Positions 20,705 through 31,507 of a stretch of DNA of 64,000 bases are shown here, piece after piece (the first letter of the stretch is position 1; every line of letters begins with the position of its first letter). The notes beneath the pieces are model-generated. The model was not told where the DNA came from. It ran no database searches and saw nothing but the letters and a program-made list of their open reading frames with translations. The stretch spans positions 4,416,001 through 4,480,000 of the forward strand of contig OZ250165.1 of assembly GCA_965238005.1 (NCBI GenBank), given 5' to 3'. Source of the DNA: Longimicrobiales bacterium (GTDB taxonomy: Bacteria; Gemmatimonadota; Gemmatimonadetes; Longimicrobiales; Gaopeijiaceae). The position numbers and the translations under genes are program-made.

Positions 20705-21679
20705 ATGACCTCGTTTTCCAGATGGGTCGATAGGATCCTCCCTATCGCCGCAGTCCTGTTGGGAGCGTGCGACGGTGGATCGGGTCCCGACCCCGATGCG
20801 CTTCGCTTCGGTCAGCTCGGGCAGATTCGTGTGACCCTGCTGATTCCGTTGGCGGTGGACCAGGGAGAGCTGCAGCAAACCATGATCTGGGAGTCGTCGG
20901 GGGCGTGGGAGCTCACCGAGAGGATCTCGTACCAGCGAGTGTTGGGGGACGAGAACGTGATGCAGAGCCCCGGCGAGCCCTCCGCATATGCCTCCGCTTA
21001 CGCCGGAATGATCACCCAGATCAACCAGACGGAGGGGCTGACGCTCTTTACCGGCGAGCTCGATCCGGATCTGATTCCGACCTGCGGGATCACCCGCACC
21101 ACGGTGATCCTGACGGTCGAGGACGACTCACGGGGCGAGGTCGCGACGTGGGTACGCTGCTCGTCCGGCGACTTCAGCAATCTGACGGCGGCCGGATCCG
21201 GCCCGGACGCGGCGGCCAGCCGGGTCGTACAGGTGGCCATCCTCGCCAGTGAGTTCACGTTGGGCGATGCGTTCGTGTCCCTGTACGCGGGCAGCGTACC
21301 GTTCGCGACGCTGGACCGGGGCGAGGACTCCTTCGCCGAGCTCGGCGCATCGTTCACCTTCACTTCACAGTTTGGATGGCCGGATTTCTGGAGGTCCCAC
21401 GTCGGCCGCCAGGAGGATCCCCCGGAGGTGGACTTCGAGCGCGACATGGTCGTCATCGGGGCCGTGGGCCTTCGCCTCGAGGCGGGGGACAGTGTGGAGG
21501 TGAGACGCATACTCCAGATCGACGGCGGGACGCTCACCGAGGTCGTCGAGAGGGTTCCCGGTGACTTCTGCTCACCCGCTGCACGCCTCCACCTGCCCTT
21601 CCACATCGTGCTGGCGCCGAGGACGGCTCCGCCCATGCTCTTCCCCGAGCCCCGGGTGGAGCGGGTTCCGTGCGGGTAA
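20705..21679 (+). CDS. Lipoprotein with C-terminal PrcB-like domain
   Basis: Lipobox LLGAC; C-terminal W..FW..H..PPEVDF..MVV..PG.FC..PFHIV. Confidence 0.65.
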   Translation: MTSFSRWVDRILPIAAVLLGACDGGSGPDPDALRFGQLGQIRVTLLIPLAVDQGELQQTMIWESSGAWELTERISYQRVLGDENVMQSPGEPSAYASAYAGMITQINQTEGLTLFTGELDPDLIPTCGITRTTVILTVEDDSRGEVATWVRCSSGDFSNLTAAGSGPDAAASRVVQVAILASEFTLGDAFVSLYAGSVPFATLDRGEDSFAELGASFTFTSQFGWPDFWRSHVGRQEDPPEVDFERDMVVIGAVGLRLEAGDSVEVRRILQIDGGTLTEVVERVPGDFCSPAARLHLPFHIVLAPRTAPPMLFPEPRVERVPCG

Positions 21680-21738
21680 AGCTCGGCGCCGAACCAGGCC
21701 GACCGGATCGGCGGCGGACCGCCCGCGGCCCGGGAGCG

Positions 21739-23187
21739 ATGTCTCTCCGCCGCCGATTCATCATCGTCCTCGTGACGTTCTCGGTGGTGCTCGCCGTCGT
21801 GGGTGGATGGAGCACGTGGCTCATCGTCCGGGCCGACCTTGAAGCCGAGATGGACGACAAGCTCCGGCAGGTGACGGGAGCGGCCGCGAGGGTAGGATTC
21901 TCCACCTCCGGTCTCGCCGCTCTTCGGCCCGGAGACGAGCAGCTCCGGACGTACACGAGTCAGCAGAGCAAGCTTCAGCAGCTACAGGCCTACGTGGCGG
22001 AGGCCTGGATCATCCGCACGGCCGACTACACCTCCGTGGTATCGACCCGACCCGCGAGTGAGGCGCCCATCGGGTCGCTGACCCGCTTCGAGGCATACGG
22101 AGAGGAGATGGGTGAGGCGGAGCGCCTGAACACGGCGACGACATCGGATCTGTTCTCCGTTGACGGGCAGCCCTACAAGTACGGCTTCATCGGCCTGGGC
22201 ACGCAGAACCCCGGCCTCGTGCTGGCGGTGCGCATGCCGGCCGACTACCTGGTCCCCCTCGCTCTCCTCAGGGACAAGATCCTGTGGGGATCCGTAGTGG
22301 CTACGGCGGCGGCGATCCTCCTGGCCCTCTTCCTGTCCAGGAACGTGGCCCGGCCGCTGGAGCGTCTGAGCCGTGTGGCTCTGCGCATCCAGAGGGGCCG
22401 CTGGGCCGAGCCCGTGGGGGAGGAGATGGGGCGCGAGCTCAGGCAACTGTCGAGAGCCATGGAGCGCATGCGCGTGGGCATCGTGCGCAGGGACGAGCAC
22501 CTGCGACTCATGCTGGCCCAGGTGGCCCACGAGATCCGGAACCCCCTAGGAGGCCTCGAGCTCTTCGCGGCGGCGGTGGCGGACGCCGAGTCTCCCGAGG
22601 AGCGGGATCGCCTCGTTAGGCGGATCCGAAGTGAGGTGCAGGCGCTCAACGTCATCATCCACGACTTCCTGACGTTCGCCAAGCCGCTGAACCCCAACGT
22701 GAGCTTCCACGACGTCTGCGAGCCGGTGCGGGAGGCGGCCGAGCTCGTGGCGCTCGAGACCAGGGACGACTGTCACTTGGAGGTCGACCTTCCTTCGGAG
22801 CCGCTGGTGGCTCACGCCGATCCGAGTCACGTGAAGCAGGTCACGCTGAACCTCCTGCGGAATGCGGCCCAGGCGGGTGACAACGTGAAGCTCAGCTGTG
22901 AGCCGCACCACGGGGAGGTGCGGGTCATCGTGAAGGACGACGGTCCGGGAATCTCGGAGGAGCTCCGGGACCGGATTTTCGAGCCCTTCGTCTCGCACAA
23001 GGAGCAGGGGGCCGGACTGGGGCTGGCCATCGTCCAGAAGTTGGTCGCCGCCAACGGAGGACGCGTGACGCTCTACACCGGAGATGGCTCCGGAGATGGC
23101 GATTCCCTTGGGAGCGGCGCGGAGTTCCGCGTATATTTCAACGGATCGGAGGATCTCCCCATCTCCAGCATGTCTCCGGCCACGTAA
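21739..23187 (+). CDS. Sensor histidine kinase (HAMP-HisKA-HATPase)
   Basis: Two TM helices, HAMP, AHEIRNPL, NLLRNA, DDGPG, GAGLGL. Confidence 0.93.
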   Translation: MSLRRRFIIVLVTFSVVLAVVGGWSTWLIVRADLEAEMDDKLRQVTGAAARVGFSTSGLAALRPGDEQLRTYTSQQSKLQQLQAYVAEAWIIRTADYTSVVSTRPASEAPIGSLTRFEAYGEEMGEAERLNTATTSDLFSVDGQPYKYGFIGLGTQNPGLVLAVRMPADYLVPLALLRDKILWGSVVATAAAILLALFLSRNVARPLERLSRVALRIQRGRWAEPVGEEMGRELRQLSRAMERMRVGIVRRDEHLRLMLAQVAHEIRNPLGGLELFAAAVADAESPEERDRLVRRIRSEVQALNVIIHDFLTFAKPLNPNVSFHDVCEPVREAAELVALETRDDCHLEVDLPSEPLVAHADPSHVKQVTLNLLRNAAQAGDNVKLSCEPHHGEVRVIVKDDGPGISEELRDRIFEPFVSHKEQGAGLGLAIVQKLVAANGGRVTLYTGDGSGDGDSLGSGAEFRVYFNGSEDLPISSMSPAT

Positions 23188-23212
23188 CCCTGACACTTCA
23201 GCCGTCCACGAC

Positions 23213-24610
23213 ATGGCCAGCGTTCTCATCATCGACGATCACGACAGCATCCGGGAAGGGCTCGAGCTCCTTCTCCGGAGGCGAGGTCATCGTACGTCGT
23301 CGGCGGGGGACGGCGAGAGCGGGCTCGAGCTCCTCCAGGAAGAGGGCGCCGACCTGGTCATCACCGACCTGAAGATGGTAAGGATGGACGGCCTCGAGGT
23401 GCTTCAGCAGGTACGTGACATGTCGCCGGACTCGGAGGTCATGGTCATCACGGCCTTCGGCAGCATCGAGGAGGCCGTGGCGGCCATGAAGCAGGGAGCA
23501 ATCGACTTCATCACCAAGCCGTTCTCCTCCGAGGAGTTCGGCGTGAAGGTGGACCGGATTCTGAACGACCGGGCAGAGCGCTTGCGACTCCGCCGGGAGA
23601 ACGAGACCCTCAGGGTCGAGAACGCCTACCTGCGGGAGGAGGCGGAGGCCCGGTACGGCGAGATGGTGGGCGCCTCTCGCCCCATGGAAGAAGTATTCCG
23701 CATGGTCGACCGCGTCGCCCGAAGCGACTCGACGGTCATGATCTACGGGGAGTCGGGAACGGGGAAGGAGCTCGTGGCCCGTGCGGTCCACGCCCGCTCG
23801 CGGCGCGCCGAGGGACCGTTCGTCCGCGTGAACTGCGGCGCTCTGACCGAGAGCCTCCTCGACTCCGAGCTCTTCGGACACGAGAAGGGGGCCTTTACGG
23901 GTGCGGAAAAGCAGCGGCGCGGACGCTTCGAGTTGGCCGACGGCGGAACGCTCTTCTTGGACGAGATCTCCACCATCGCCCAGTCGACCCAGGTGAGGCT
24001 CCTGCGCGTGCTCCAGGAGCGCGAGTTTGAGCGCGTGGGCGGTGAAGAGACCATCAGCGTGGACGTACGCATCATCGTGGCGACCAACGTCCCGGTGGAC
24101 GAGCTCGTCCGATCCCACGGATTCCGCGAAGACCTGTTCTACCGGCTGCACGTGGTGCCTCTGTCGATCCCGCCCCTGCGGGACCGAATGTCCGACGTGC
24201 CTCTGCTGGTCCAGTACTTCATCGAGAAGCTCACCGAGCGGACGCGGTCCGCCGTGCGCTCGGTGAGCATGAACGCCATGGCGAGGCTGTCGGCGTACGA
24301 CTGGCCGGGGAACGTGAGAGAGCTGGAGAACGTGATGGAGCGGGCCCTGGTCCTTGCCGAGGGTGAGATGCTGGAGCCCGACGACATCCCGCTCCCCGAG
24401 AACGATGGCGAGAGCTTCGTGAGGTTCCCCGATGCGGAGCTCCCGGACACGGGCATGGACCTGAACAACCTGGTCGAGACCATGGAGGAGCGGATGCTCC
24501 GCAGGGCTCTCGAGAAGGCGCACGGTGTAAAGGCTGAGGCGGCGCGACTTCTCGGGCTGAAGTCCAGCGCGTTCTACTACAAGTTGGAGAAGTACGGCAT
24601 AGAGGCATGA
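23213..24610 (+). CDS. NtrC-family sigma54 response regulator
   Basis: Receiver domain, GESGTGKE, GAFTGA, WPGNVREL, Fis-type HTH. Confidence 0.95.
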   Translation: MASVLIIDDHDSIREGLELLLRRRGHRTSSAGDGESGLELLQEEGADLVITDLKMVRMDGLEVLQQVRDMSPDSEVMVITAFGSIEEAVAAMKQGAIDFITKPFSSEEFGVKVDRILNDRAERLRLRRENETLRVENAYLREEAEARYGEMVGASRPMEEVFRMVDRVARSDSTVMIYGESGTGKELVARAVHARSRRAEGPFVRVNCGALTESLLDSELFGHEKGAFTGAEKQRRGRFELADGGTLFLDEISTIAQSTQVRLLRVLQEREFERVGGEETISVDVRIIVATNVPVDELVRSHGFREDLFYRLHVVPLSIPPLRDRMSDVPLLVQYFIEKLTERTRSAVRSVSMNAMARLSAYDWPGNVRELENVMERALVLAEGEMLEPDDIPLPENDGESFVRFPDAELPDTGMDLNNLVETMEERMLRRALEKAHGVKAEAARLLGLKSSAFYYKLEKYGIEA

Positions 24611-25551
24611 CGACCCGGGCTCGGCATCGGACGGAGCACAGGGGGCCGTGGGACAGGCTGACGCTCACGACGGTGGTGGCTCTGTGCGCCGCGATCACCG
24701 CTCCCGGGACCCTCTCGGGGCAGACCCCACCCAATCTGTCGCAGGTTCGCCTCGACTATCAGTCAGCAGTGAGCGAGGCCGAAGCAGCCCGCTTCGCCTT
24801 CGAGGCCCGCGACGGACAGTGGACCGAGGTCATGGACTCCATCGCGGCCGCTCGCGCTCGGGAAGACGAGGCGGGACGTACGCGGTGGTTCGCCCGGGCC
24901 GAGGCGCTGGCCGGCGCCAGGAGCACGGCCGGGGAGCGCTACGAGGAGCGGACCCGGACGGCTCAAGGCGCCGGTGGGCGCCTCGCCGCGGTTCTGGACC
25001 AGGAGATCGAGCGGCTGGTCGCGGCTGCCGACACCGCCAGTCCTCTGACCTTCCGCAAGCTCAACGCCTTCGTGGGTGACCTGGAGCTCGAGCGGGACCA
25101 ACTCGTAAGCGAGAGCAGGGTAACGGTGCAGGCCGTGGCCCTATCCTCCATCACCATCGATCCCATCGACGGCCTCGAGGACATTCTCGCGAAGGCGGAG
25201 CTCCTGGAGCACCGGGCCCGACAGGCCGACGACAACATCGCGGACATCGACGAGCAACTCAGCACTCTGCGGGAGCGGGAACGCTTCAATCGTAGCCGTC
25301 GCGACAACCTCTCGGAGCTGGGCCGATTCGACGACAATCGCCTCCCGATGGGATCTCCCGGCCGTGGCCCGGAGACGGACCCGGTGGTGGGAGTGGCGCC
25401 CGGCGACTCTACGACAGTCCAGCGACTGCGCACACCGGAGTATCAGATCCGCGGGCTCCAGAGCCTCCGCGCAGACCTGGTGAGCTTCCGCGACCAGTTG
25501 AGGGCCCGGGCCGTGAGCTTCCGGGACGTGGCGGGGGTGGACACCCGATGA
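24607..25551 (+). CDS. Secreted coiled-coil hypothetical protein
   Basis: Signal-like N-terminus, helical; ATGA overlaps with both neighbours. Confidence 0.7.
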   Translation: MTTRARHRTEHRGPWDRLTLTTVVALCAAITAPGTLSGQTPPNLSQVRLDYQSAVSEAEAARFAFEARDGQWTEVMDSIAAARAREDEAGRTRWFARAEALAGARSTAGERYEERTRTAQGAGGRLAAVLDQEIERLVAAADTASPLTFRKLNAFVGDLELERDQLVSESRVTVQAVALSSITIDPIDGLEDILAKAELLEHRARQADDNIADIDEQLSTLRERERFNRSRRDNLSELGRFDDNRLPMGSPGRGPETDPVVGVAPGDSTTVQRLRTPEYQIRGLQSLRADLVSFRDQLRARAVSFRDVAGVDTR

Positions 25552-26687
25552 AGATCCGGGCCTTCTTCGTCCTGGGCGCCCTTGGGACCCTTTGTGCGCC
25601 CTTGGTCGGTGTCGCACCTGCCGGCGGCCAGGTGATCCGAGACCTCGTGATCACGGGCGGCGTGGCCGCTGAGGGCTACTCGGGGAACCTCTCGGCGGTG
25701 ACCATCCCAGTGGTGGACAGCGTCAACGACGCGGCGGCGGCGGTGGGGCAGTTCTCCACGCGCCTGGAGATGGACCTGCTGCCCGGACATGAGCGGAGCC
25801 TGTTGGACGTCACCGTGGACGTTGGACTCCGCCAGTTCGCCGCCACGGGATTCAAGATCCGGGATTACGCCCCCAGGGAGTGGGTCGGCAGCATCGACGC
25901 CAACTATTCCCGGGCGCTCCAGGACTGGGGCAGCCTCGTCCTCATGGGAGGCTTCAAGGGGCGTGCGGTCGAGGATCGACCACCGATGCCGCTCTTCCTC
26001 CAGCCCGGCTACGACCAATGGGCCGGAGGTACGCTCGTGCGATACCTGGCCGCTGGAGGGTTGTCGATCGATGTGGGGCTCAACGGCGAGATCGAGAACT
26101 ACCAGGGCGTCGACCCGGTTCCGCAGCTCAACCTCCTGGACCGGCGCGGAGCGTCGGCCGAGCTGCGCGTGAACTGGCTGAGCCGCCGCGACTGGAGACT
26201 CAGGCTCTTCGGGGAGCTCGAGCGCTCGACCTATCCGCAGCAGGGGAGCTTCGATCCCGACGATCCGTTCCGGCGGGATCATACGCTGAAGGTCGGAGCC
26301 GCGTGGACCTACCTCGGCGAGGCCCTTCTCGTCGACCTGGGCGTCGAGGGGACTCGGAATCGATCCAACTCCCGACGGCCGGAGTACGACGCCTTGGCCT
26401 TCCGGACGCAGATCACCTATCCCTTGCCCTGGTCCGTCATCGCCGATGGCTTTCTGGTGGTGACCGGGAAGAGCTACCTGTTCGAGACCGAGTTCGTGCG
26501 GCTGGTGCCTGGTGAGGAGGCCGACAACGCCTCGCAGGCCTATCTGACCCTGAGCCGTCCGGTGGCAGCCAACCTCGACGCCGCCCTCCAGTTCGGATGG
26601 ACGCGCGCGGAGACCGACGTGGGCGACCAGTACTACGAGCGTTACGGCGTCACCGTCCTCTTCCGCTACCGCCCCAACGGGGGCTAG
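25548..26687 (+). CDS. Putative outer-membrane beta-barrel protein
   Basis: Signal peptide, alternating amphipathic strands. Confidence 0.6.
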   Translation: MKIRAFFVLGALGTLCAPLVGVAPAGGQVIRDLVITGGVAAEGYSGNLSAVTIPVVDSVNDAAAAVGQFSTRLEMDLLPGHERSLLDVTVDVGLRQFAATGFKIRDYAPREWVGSIDANYSRALQDWGSLVLMGGFKGRAVEDRPPMPLFLQPGYDQWAGGTLVRYLAAGGLSIDVGLNGEIENYQGVDPVPQLNLLDRRGASAELRVNWLSRRDWRLRLFGELERSTYPQQGSFDPDDPFRRDHTLKVGAAWTYLGEALLVDLGVEGTRNRSNSRRPEYDALAFRTQITYPLPWSVIADGFLVVTGKSYLFETEFVRLVPGEEADNASQAYLTLSRPVAANLDAALQFGWTRAETDVGDQYYERYGVTVLFRYRPNGG

Positions 26688-28289
26688 GAGTCTGCGCCGC
26701 AGAAGCACAGCTGACTGAGCCGAATGGTCATCGAGCCGTCCGCGGCGAGGCGGATCCGGGTGATTGGGAGGTTGAGGACTTGTGTCTGCGACGGATCGGG
26801 AGAGCGGAATGGATGCGTTGGGGGGGGCAAGAGAGCTACGAGAGCCCTCGCGCCGGCAGATGCGGGTGAACCCTCGTGCAGTCATGCCGCCTGAAGGGTG
26901 TGCAGCCGCTTCACATTGAGTGCCAGGCACACGAGGGTCCACTCGGCCCGGACCTTCTCGAGGCCCCGGTAGCTGAATCGTCGAAAGCCCATCACTTCCT
27001 TGATCCAGCCGATGGGCGCCTCGGCCTGCGACTTTCGCCGTGCGTAGCGTCTGCGGCCATCTTCGCTCGCCAGCTTCTCCGCCATGCGGACTTTCGCCGG
27101 ATATTCCTCCTTGTCAACCGTGGGGGCGGCCTTGCCCTCCCGGGCCAGCGCCACATACCCGTCGATGTCTCGCTCTTCCAGTTCCTCGAGATCCCGCTCG
27201 TTGCAATAGCCCGTGTCCGCCAGCACCTGCGCCGGCGTCTCGCCGTACGCTTGCGCCACCGCGTCGACCATGGGCACCAGCTGGCCCTGGTCGCTCGCGT
27301 TGTCCGTCACCTCGGCCCCGACCACCAGCTGGTTCTCCCCCTCCACGACCGTCTGTGCGTTGTAGCACTGCTGGAACCCCTCCGAACTCGTCTTCATGAT
27401 CCGGCTCTCAGGGTCCGTGAAGTTGCTCTGCGCCGCCTCGTCCGGCTCTCCGTACTCCCGCTTGTAGGGCCTGCCGCCCTTCGGGTTGCGCGTCTGCCCC
27501 GGCTTGCGGCCCCGTGCGTCGTCCGCCGCTCTCTGCTCGGCTTCCAGGCGCGCCTTCGCCTCCCGGATCGCCGCCAGCCGGTCCTCGCGCCGCTTGAGCT
27601 CCTCCGGCACCTCGTCTCCGCATGCTTCCTCGCCGTAGCGCTCGTCTTCCGCTTCGTCCACCGCCTCGACCCTCTCCAACAGCCCCCGGATCTCCGCCTC
27701 CAGCCGAGGCTCCCCGGTCACCATCCGGCCGTAGCTCATCGCCTTGCGCTTGTTCGCGTTCGCCCGAACCTTCGTCCCGTCCACCGACACCCTGCCAAGC
27801 CCCGCCAGCCCCAAGGCCCGCGCGAGCATCACCACCTCCACAAACACCGCCCGGAAATCCCCGAGATGGCGCTTGCGGAACTCGCACAGCGTCCGGTGCT
27901 TCGGGAAGTTCTCCGCCGCCAGCATCCGAAACGCGACATCCTCCTCCAGCTTCCTCGCCATCTTCCGCGACGAGAAGGTGCCCGTCGCATACGCGTAGAT
28001 CAGCACCTTGACCATCATCCGAGGGTCGTACGGCGAGTTGCGCCGCCCGTCCCCCCGGTACCGCCCGTAGAACGCGCTCAGCTCCACCGCGTCCACCAGG
28101 TCGCTCACATGGTGCGCCAAATGACCCTCCGACACCCACTCCCGAAGATCCGGAGGCAGCAACAACATCTGCTCCGGATCGTACGGTCGAAATGTCGTTC
28201 CCATTCACCCCCCTCGGTGATCCGCAAGCCTTCCCAATGCCTTCGCTACCACCAAAGATAGCCGCCGCAGGGTTCTGCGGCGCAGACTC
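26688..28289 (-). mobile_element. IS1182-like insertion sequence
   Basis: Perfect 17-bp TIR GAGTCTGCGCCGCAGAA at 26688 and 28273-28289; CTAG direct repeats at 26684-26687 and 28290-28293. Confidence 0.92.
26882..28204 (-). CDS. IS1182-family DDE transposase
   Basis: YDPRMM..L.YAY..G.FSSR, VDGTK..ANA, TDPESRIM, YNAQ, ADTGY, GFRRF..RG. Confidence 0.92.
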   Translation of the reverse strand: MGTTFRPYDPEQMLLLPPDLREWVSEGHLAHHVSDLVDAVELSAFYGRYRGDGRRNSPYDPRMMVKVLIYAYATGTFSSRKMARKLEEDVAFRMLAAENFPKHRTLCEFRKRHLGDFRAVFVEVVMLARALGLAGLGRVSVDGTKVRANANKRKAMSYGRMVTGEPRLEAEIRGLLERVEAVDEAEDERYGEEACGDEVPEELKRREDRLAAIREAKARLEAEQRAADDARGRKPGQTRNPKGGRPYKREYGEPDEAAQSNFTDPESRIMKTSSEGFQQCYNAQTVVEGENQLVVGAEVTDNASDQGQLVPMVDAVAQAYGETPAQVLADTGYCNERDLEELEERDIDGYVALAREGKAAPTVDKEEYPAKVRMAEKLASEDGRRRYARRKSQAEAPIGWIKEVMGFRRFSYRGLEKVRAEWTLVCLALNVKRLHTLQAA

Positions 28290-28338
28290 CTAGTGTCCCG
28301 TTACCAAAAGTGTCTCGGCCAACGGAACACTAAGAGCC

Positions 28339-28620
28339 TCCGTCAGCGTCCCTGCTCCTGGGCCAGTCGCTTGGAGATGTCGGTAACGGCGTCCACGACA
28401 CCCGTCAAGTGCCCGTCGGCATCGTGAAGTGGGCTCGAGATGACTTCCACGTCGATGGCGCCTCTGTCCTTGTGAAGGAGCGGAGCTCGGTACTGCATGC
28501 GCTTGCGCTCTCTGCGGGCGGCCATCCTCACATCGGCCTTCTTCCATCTCTTCGTGTCGAAGAGGAGCTCCTGGGCGTTCCGTCCACCGAGATCCTGCGG
28601 GCGATGCCAGGTGCGCTGTG
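28339..28620 (-). pseudogene. PAS/PAC domain fragment
   Basis: LGGRNAQELL..HKDRGAIDVEVISSPLHDADGHLTGVV..VTDIS, cut off by the IS481-like element. Confidence 0.6.
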
Positions 28621-28621
28621 A

Positions 28622-29935
28622 TGGGTACAGCCTACCCTGATCCTTTACACAATGGCCTACACTGATGGTTGACAGGTTCCTATCAACCAGGGTTCTGCAA
28701 CTAGGAGAGCCCGATGCACTGGAACCGGTCGACCATGTACGAGCAAAGAGTACGCTTCATCCTCGAAGTGCAGCAACGGACATTCAGTTTCTGCGAGTCC
28801 TGTAGGCGTTACGGCATCAGCAGGACCGCGGGATACACGTGGTGGAAACGGTTTCTCGTGGGAGGATTTGAAGGGCTCCACGACCGATCGCACCGACCCC
28901 ATCACTGCCCGCACGCTATAGCGGATCCGATCGTCGAACACATCGTGGATCTGCGTCAGCGCTACGGATGGGGATCACGCAAGATCCGCAAACTCACAGC
29001 CGAGAGGTTCGGCCGGGCCCCAGCTCGCAGGACGATCGACCGCATTTTCGAGCGTCACGACCTGATCACGAAGAAGCGCAGACGCTCCGGCAAACCGGGC
29101 CATCCCGGCAAGCCGCTCACTCCCATGGATGAGCCCAATGCGGTCTGGACCGTCGACTTCAAGGGCCAGTTCAAGATGCGCAACGGCCGCTACTGCTATC
29201 CCCTCACCATCCAGGACGGCTGCAGCCGATTCCTGCTCGAGTGCAGAGGGCTGTACTCCACGTCGATCGAGCTCGCAAAGCCTGTCTTCATCAGGACTTT
29301 CCGCGAGTTCGGCCTTCCCGCCGTCATCCGCTCCGACAACGGTACGCCCTTCGCTTCCATCGGCCTCGCTCGGCTCACACGTCTCAGCGCTTGGTGGATC
29401 CGTCTCGGCATCCGGCCTGAGACCATCGAGCCTGGAAAGCCGCAGCAGAACGGCCGACACGAGCGTATGCACCGAACCCTCAAGCGCGAAGCTACTCGCC
29501 CGCCGAAGGCCAACCTCAGCGCGCAGCAGCGCCACTTCAACGACTTCCTCCACATCTTCAATCACATCCGGCCGCACGAGGCTCTCGACGATGCGACTCC
29601 CGACTCCGTCTACCGATCTGCCTCTAAAGCCTACCCTGAGACCCTTCCTCCGCTCGAGTACCCCGAGCACTTCGAGGTCCGAAAGGTTTCTACGAACGGA
29701 GGGATCCGCTGGCACTCCCGTTGGATCAACGTCAGCTCAGCTCTGGGCAACGACTTCATCGGGCTCGAACCCATCGGTCCCGCTCTGTGGCAGGTCTACT
29801 TCGGACCCACTACCCTCGGGTGGTTTGACGAAGAACTCTTCGTCATTTGCGACACCCACGGTAACACAGGACGTAACCCAATCTGTTAACCATCAGCTGG
29901 CACCATTGTGTCAACGATCAGGTGCGCTGTTCACA
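28622..29935 (+). mobile_element. IS481-like insertion sequence 1
   Basis: Imperfect ~50-bp IRs including CTGATGGTTGACAG (28662) / CTGTTAACCATCAG (29883); right end ...ACA; no target duplication. Confidence 0.85.
28714..29889 (+). CDS. IS481-family transposase (HTH + rve)
   Basis: ISRTAGY.W..R, W.VDFKG, SDNG.PF, PQQNGRHER.H. Confidence 0.92.
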   Translation: MHWNRSTMYEQRVRFILEVQQRTFSFCESCRRYGISRTAGYTWWKRFLVGGFEGLHDRSHRPHHCPHAIADPIVEHIVDLRQRYGWGSRKIRKLTAERFGRAPARRTIDRIFERHDLITKKRRRSGKPGHPGKPLTPMDEPNAVWTVDFKGQFKMRNGRYCYPLTIQDGCSRFLLECRGLYSTSIELAKPVFIRTFREFGLPAVIRSDNGTPFASIGLARLTRLSAWWIRLGIRPETIEPGKPQQNGRHERMHRTLKREATRPPKANLSAQQRHFNDFLHIFNHIRPHEALDDATPDSVYRSASKAYPETLPPLEYPEHFEVRKVSTNGGIRWHSRWINVSSALGNDFIGLEPIGPALWQVYFGPTTLGWFDEELFVICDTHGNTGRNPIC

Positions 29936-30344
29936 GTCCCACTTCCTCCAGAAGCTCTACAGCCCTTGTCCTGGACTGAGGTCGTTTCTGCCCGGCCATG
30001 TTCAGGGGGAGCTCTACGTTCTCGACAGCGCTCAGCGCATCGATTAGTCGGGCGTTCTGGAAGACGAATCCCATCTGCTTCAGACGAAAAGCCTGTAGGG
30101 CGCTGGCCTGCAACCCTTCCAGCTCGCTGTCGCAGATTCGGACGGAGCCCCGGGTCGGAGAGAGAATCCCAGCTAGGAGGCACAGGAGGGTCGTCTTGCC
30201 GCTTCCGCTGGGTCCGAGGATGAGGACGACTTCTCCGGCTTCGAGGGCAAGGTCCACCCCCTGGACAGCCTTCACCGTCTCCCCGGAGGGCCCCCGGAAC
30301 TCCTTCGTGAGCCCCTCCGCCTGAATGACCGGTCCCGGACTCAT
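29936..30344 (-). pseudogene. ABC transporter ATPase (LolD/MacB type), 3'-truncated by IS
   Basis: GPSGSGKTT and GFVFQ present; ends at LLEEVGL at the IS end, lacking the signature and Walker B. Confidence 0.85.
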
Positions 30345-31504
30345 GGCCGGAATACCTCCGCGGGTTGGATCTTCCGGAGTTGGTGGAGAGGAAGGAGCAC
30401 TGCCGATACACCCAGGACGAGGGTGAAGGCGACTACGGCGAGAATGATCCGGGGAGCCGGCCAGAAGGTGAGTTGTGGCACAAAGTAGAGAAACAGGGGC
30501 ACAGAAGCGGAAAAGGCGACACCGCCCAGGACCAACCCAGCCCACACGTTCAGAAGGGCCTGGCGGACAAGTAGTCCCTCCACCCACCCCTTGGGGGCTC
30601 CGACTGCCAGAAGGAGGGCGTAGTCCTCCCGCCGCTCGATGACCCCCACGTAAAGGAGCAGGGTGAGAGTGATCCCGCCGGCTAGGCTGCTGAAGAGGGC
30701 CGTGGCCCACAAGACGGGAACCAATCCGGTCTTGAGCTCCCCCCTGTTGTTCCTGGAGAACTGCTCCTGAGTAATGGGGTTCAGCTCGGGAATGCGCCTT
30801 TTGATGGCCGCCGCCAGCTCTGTCGGGGCGATGCCTTCTTCTCCATGCACGAGCCAGAAGCTGACGATGCCGGGAAAGCCGAGAAGGTCCTGTGCGTCTT
30901 CCAGCGTTGTGAAGCTGAACTGGGTCACGAGGGCGTTGGTCCCGGAGCTGAGCCCGACGACCCTGAACATCCGGTTCTGGACCCGGATGGATTGGCCGAC
31001 CTTCAGGTCATGGATCGCGGCGAAGGCACGATCCAGGATCATCTGACCGGCGGCCAGGTTGGGGGATCCCTCCACGACCTTTGGAAGAGTGGTAGGAAGC
31101 TCCGGGTCTACGCCCAACACGAAGAAGGTCGCGGATCTGCCGTCTTTCTCGGTCCTGGCGATGGCTCTGAGAAGGGGAGCGACCCTCGCCACCTCCGGCA
31201 TGGTGTCCAGCGCTTCGCCAATGGTATTGAGCATGTACGACGAACTTCGGATGAGGTTGTTCGAGTTGATGTGGGATACCCACACATCGACATCACGCGA
31301 GGCCACGTAGCCGTTGGCCTCCCGCTGCACCCCTTCCAAAACGGTAAAGAGAAAGAGGACCAGGGACACGGCTGCCCCCACGCCCATTGCGGTGACCACG
31401 AATCGAGCCCGATCTCAGGCAAGGAGGCGCCTGCTCAGCGGAACTTCACGCCCCATGAGCCTTGGCTTGGGCTCCTCCGGCGGATTGGCGTCTCTCGTGT
31501 TCAT
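30341..31504 (-). pseudogene. ABC permease (MacB/FtsX) with in-frame TGA near the N-terminus
   Basis: ATG 31504 is in frame with ORF 30341-31399; TGA at 31415-31417 within RRLLA*DRARF. Confidence 0.7.
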
Positions 31505-31507
31505 GCG

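Noticed and set aside
31415..31417. Selenocysteine or recoded TGA in the ABC permease
   Set aside because: Context expects Arg (CGA>TGA), no SECIS evident, and the neighbouring ATPase is also broken
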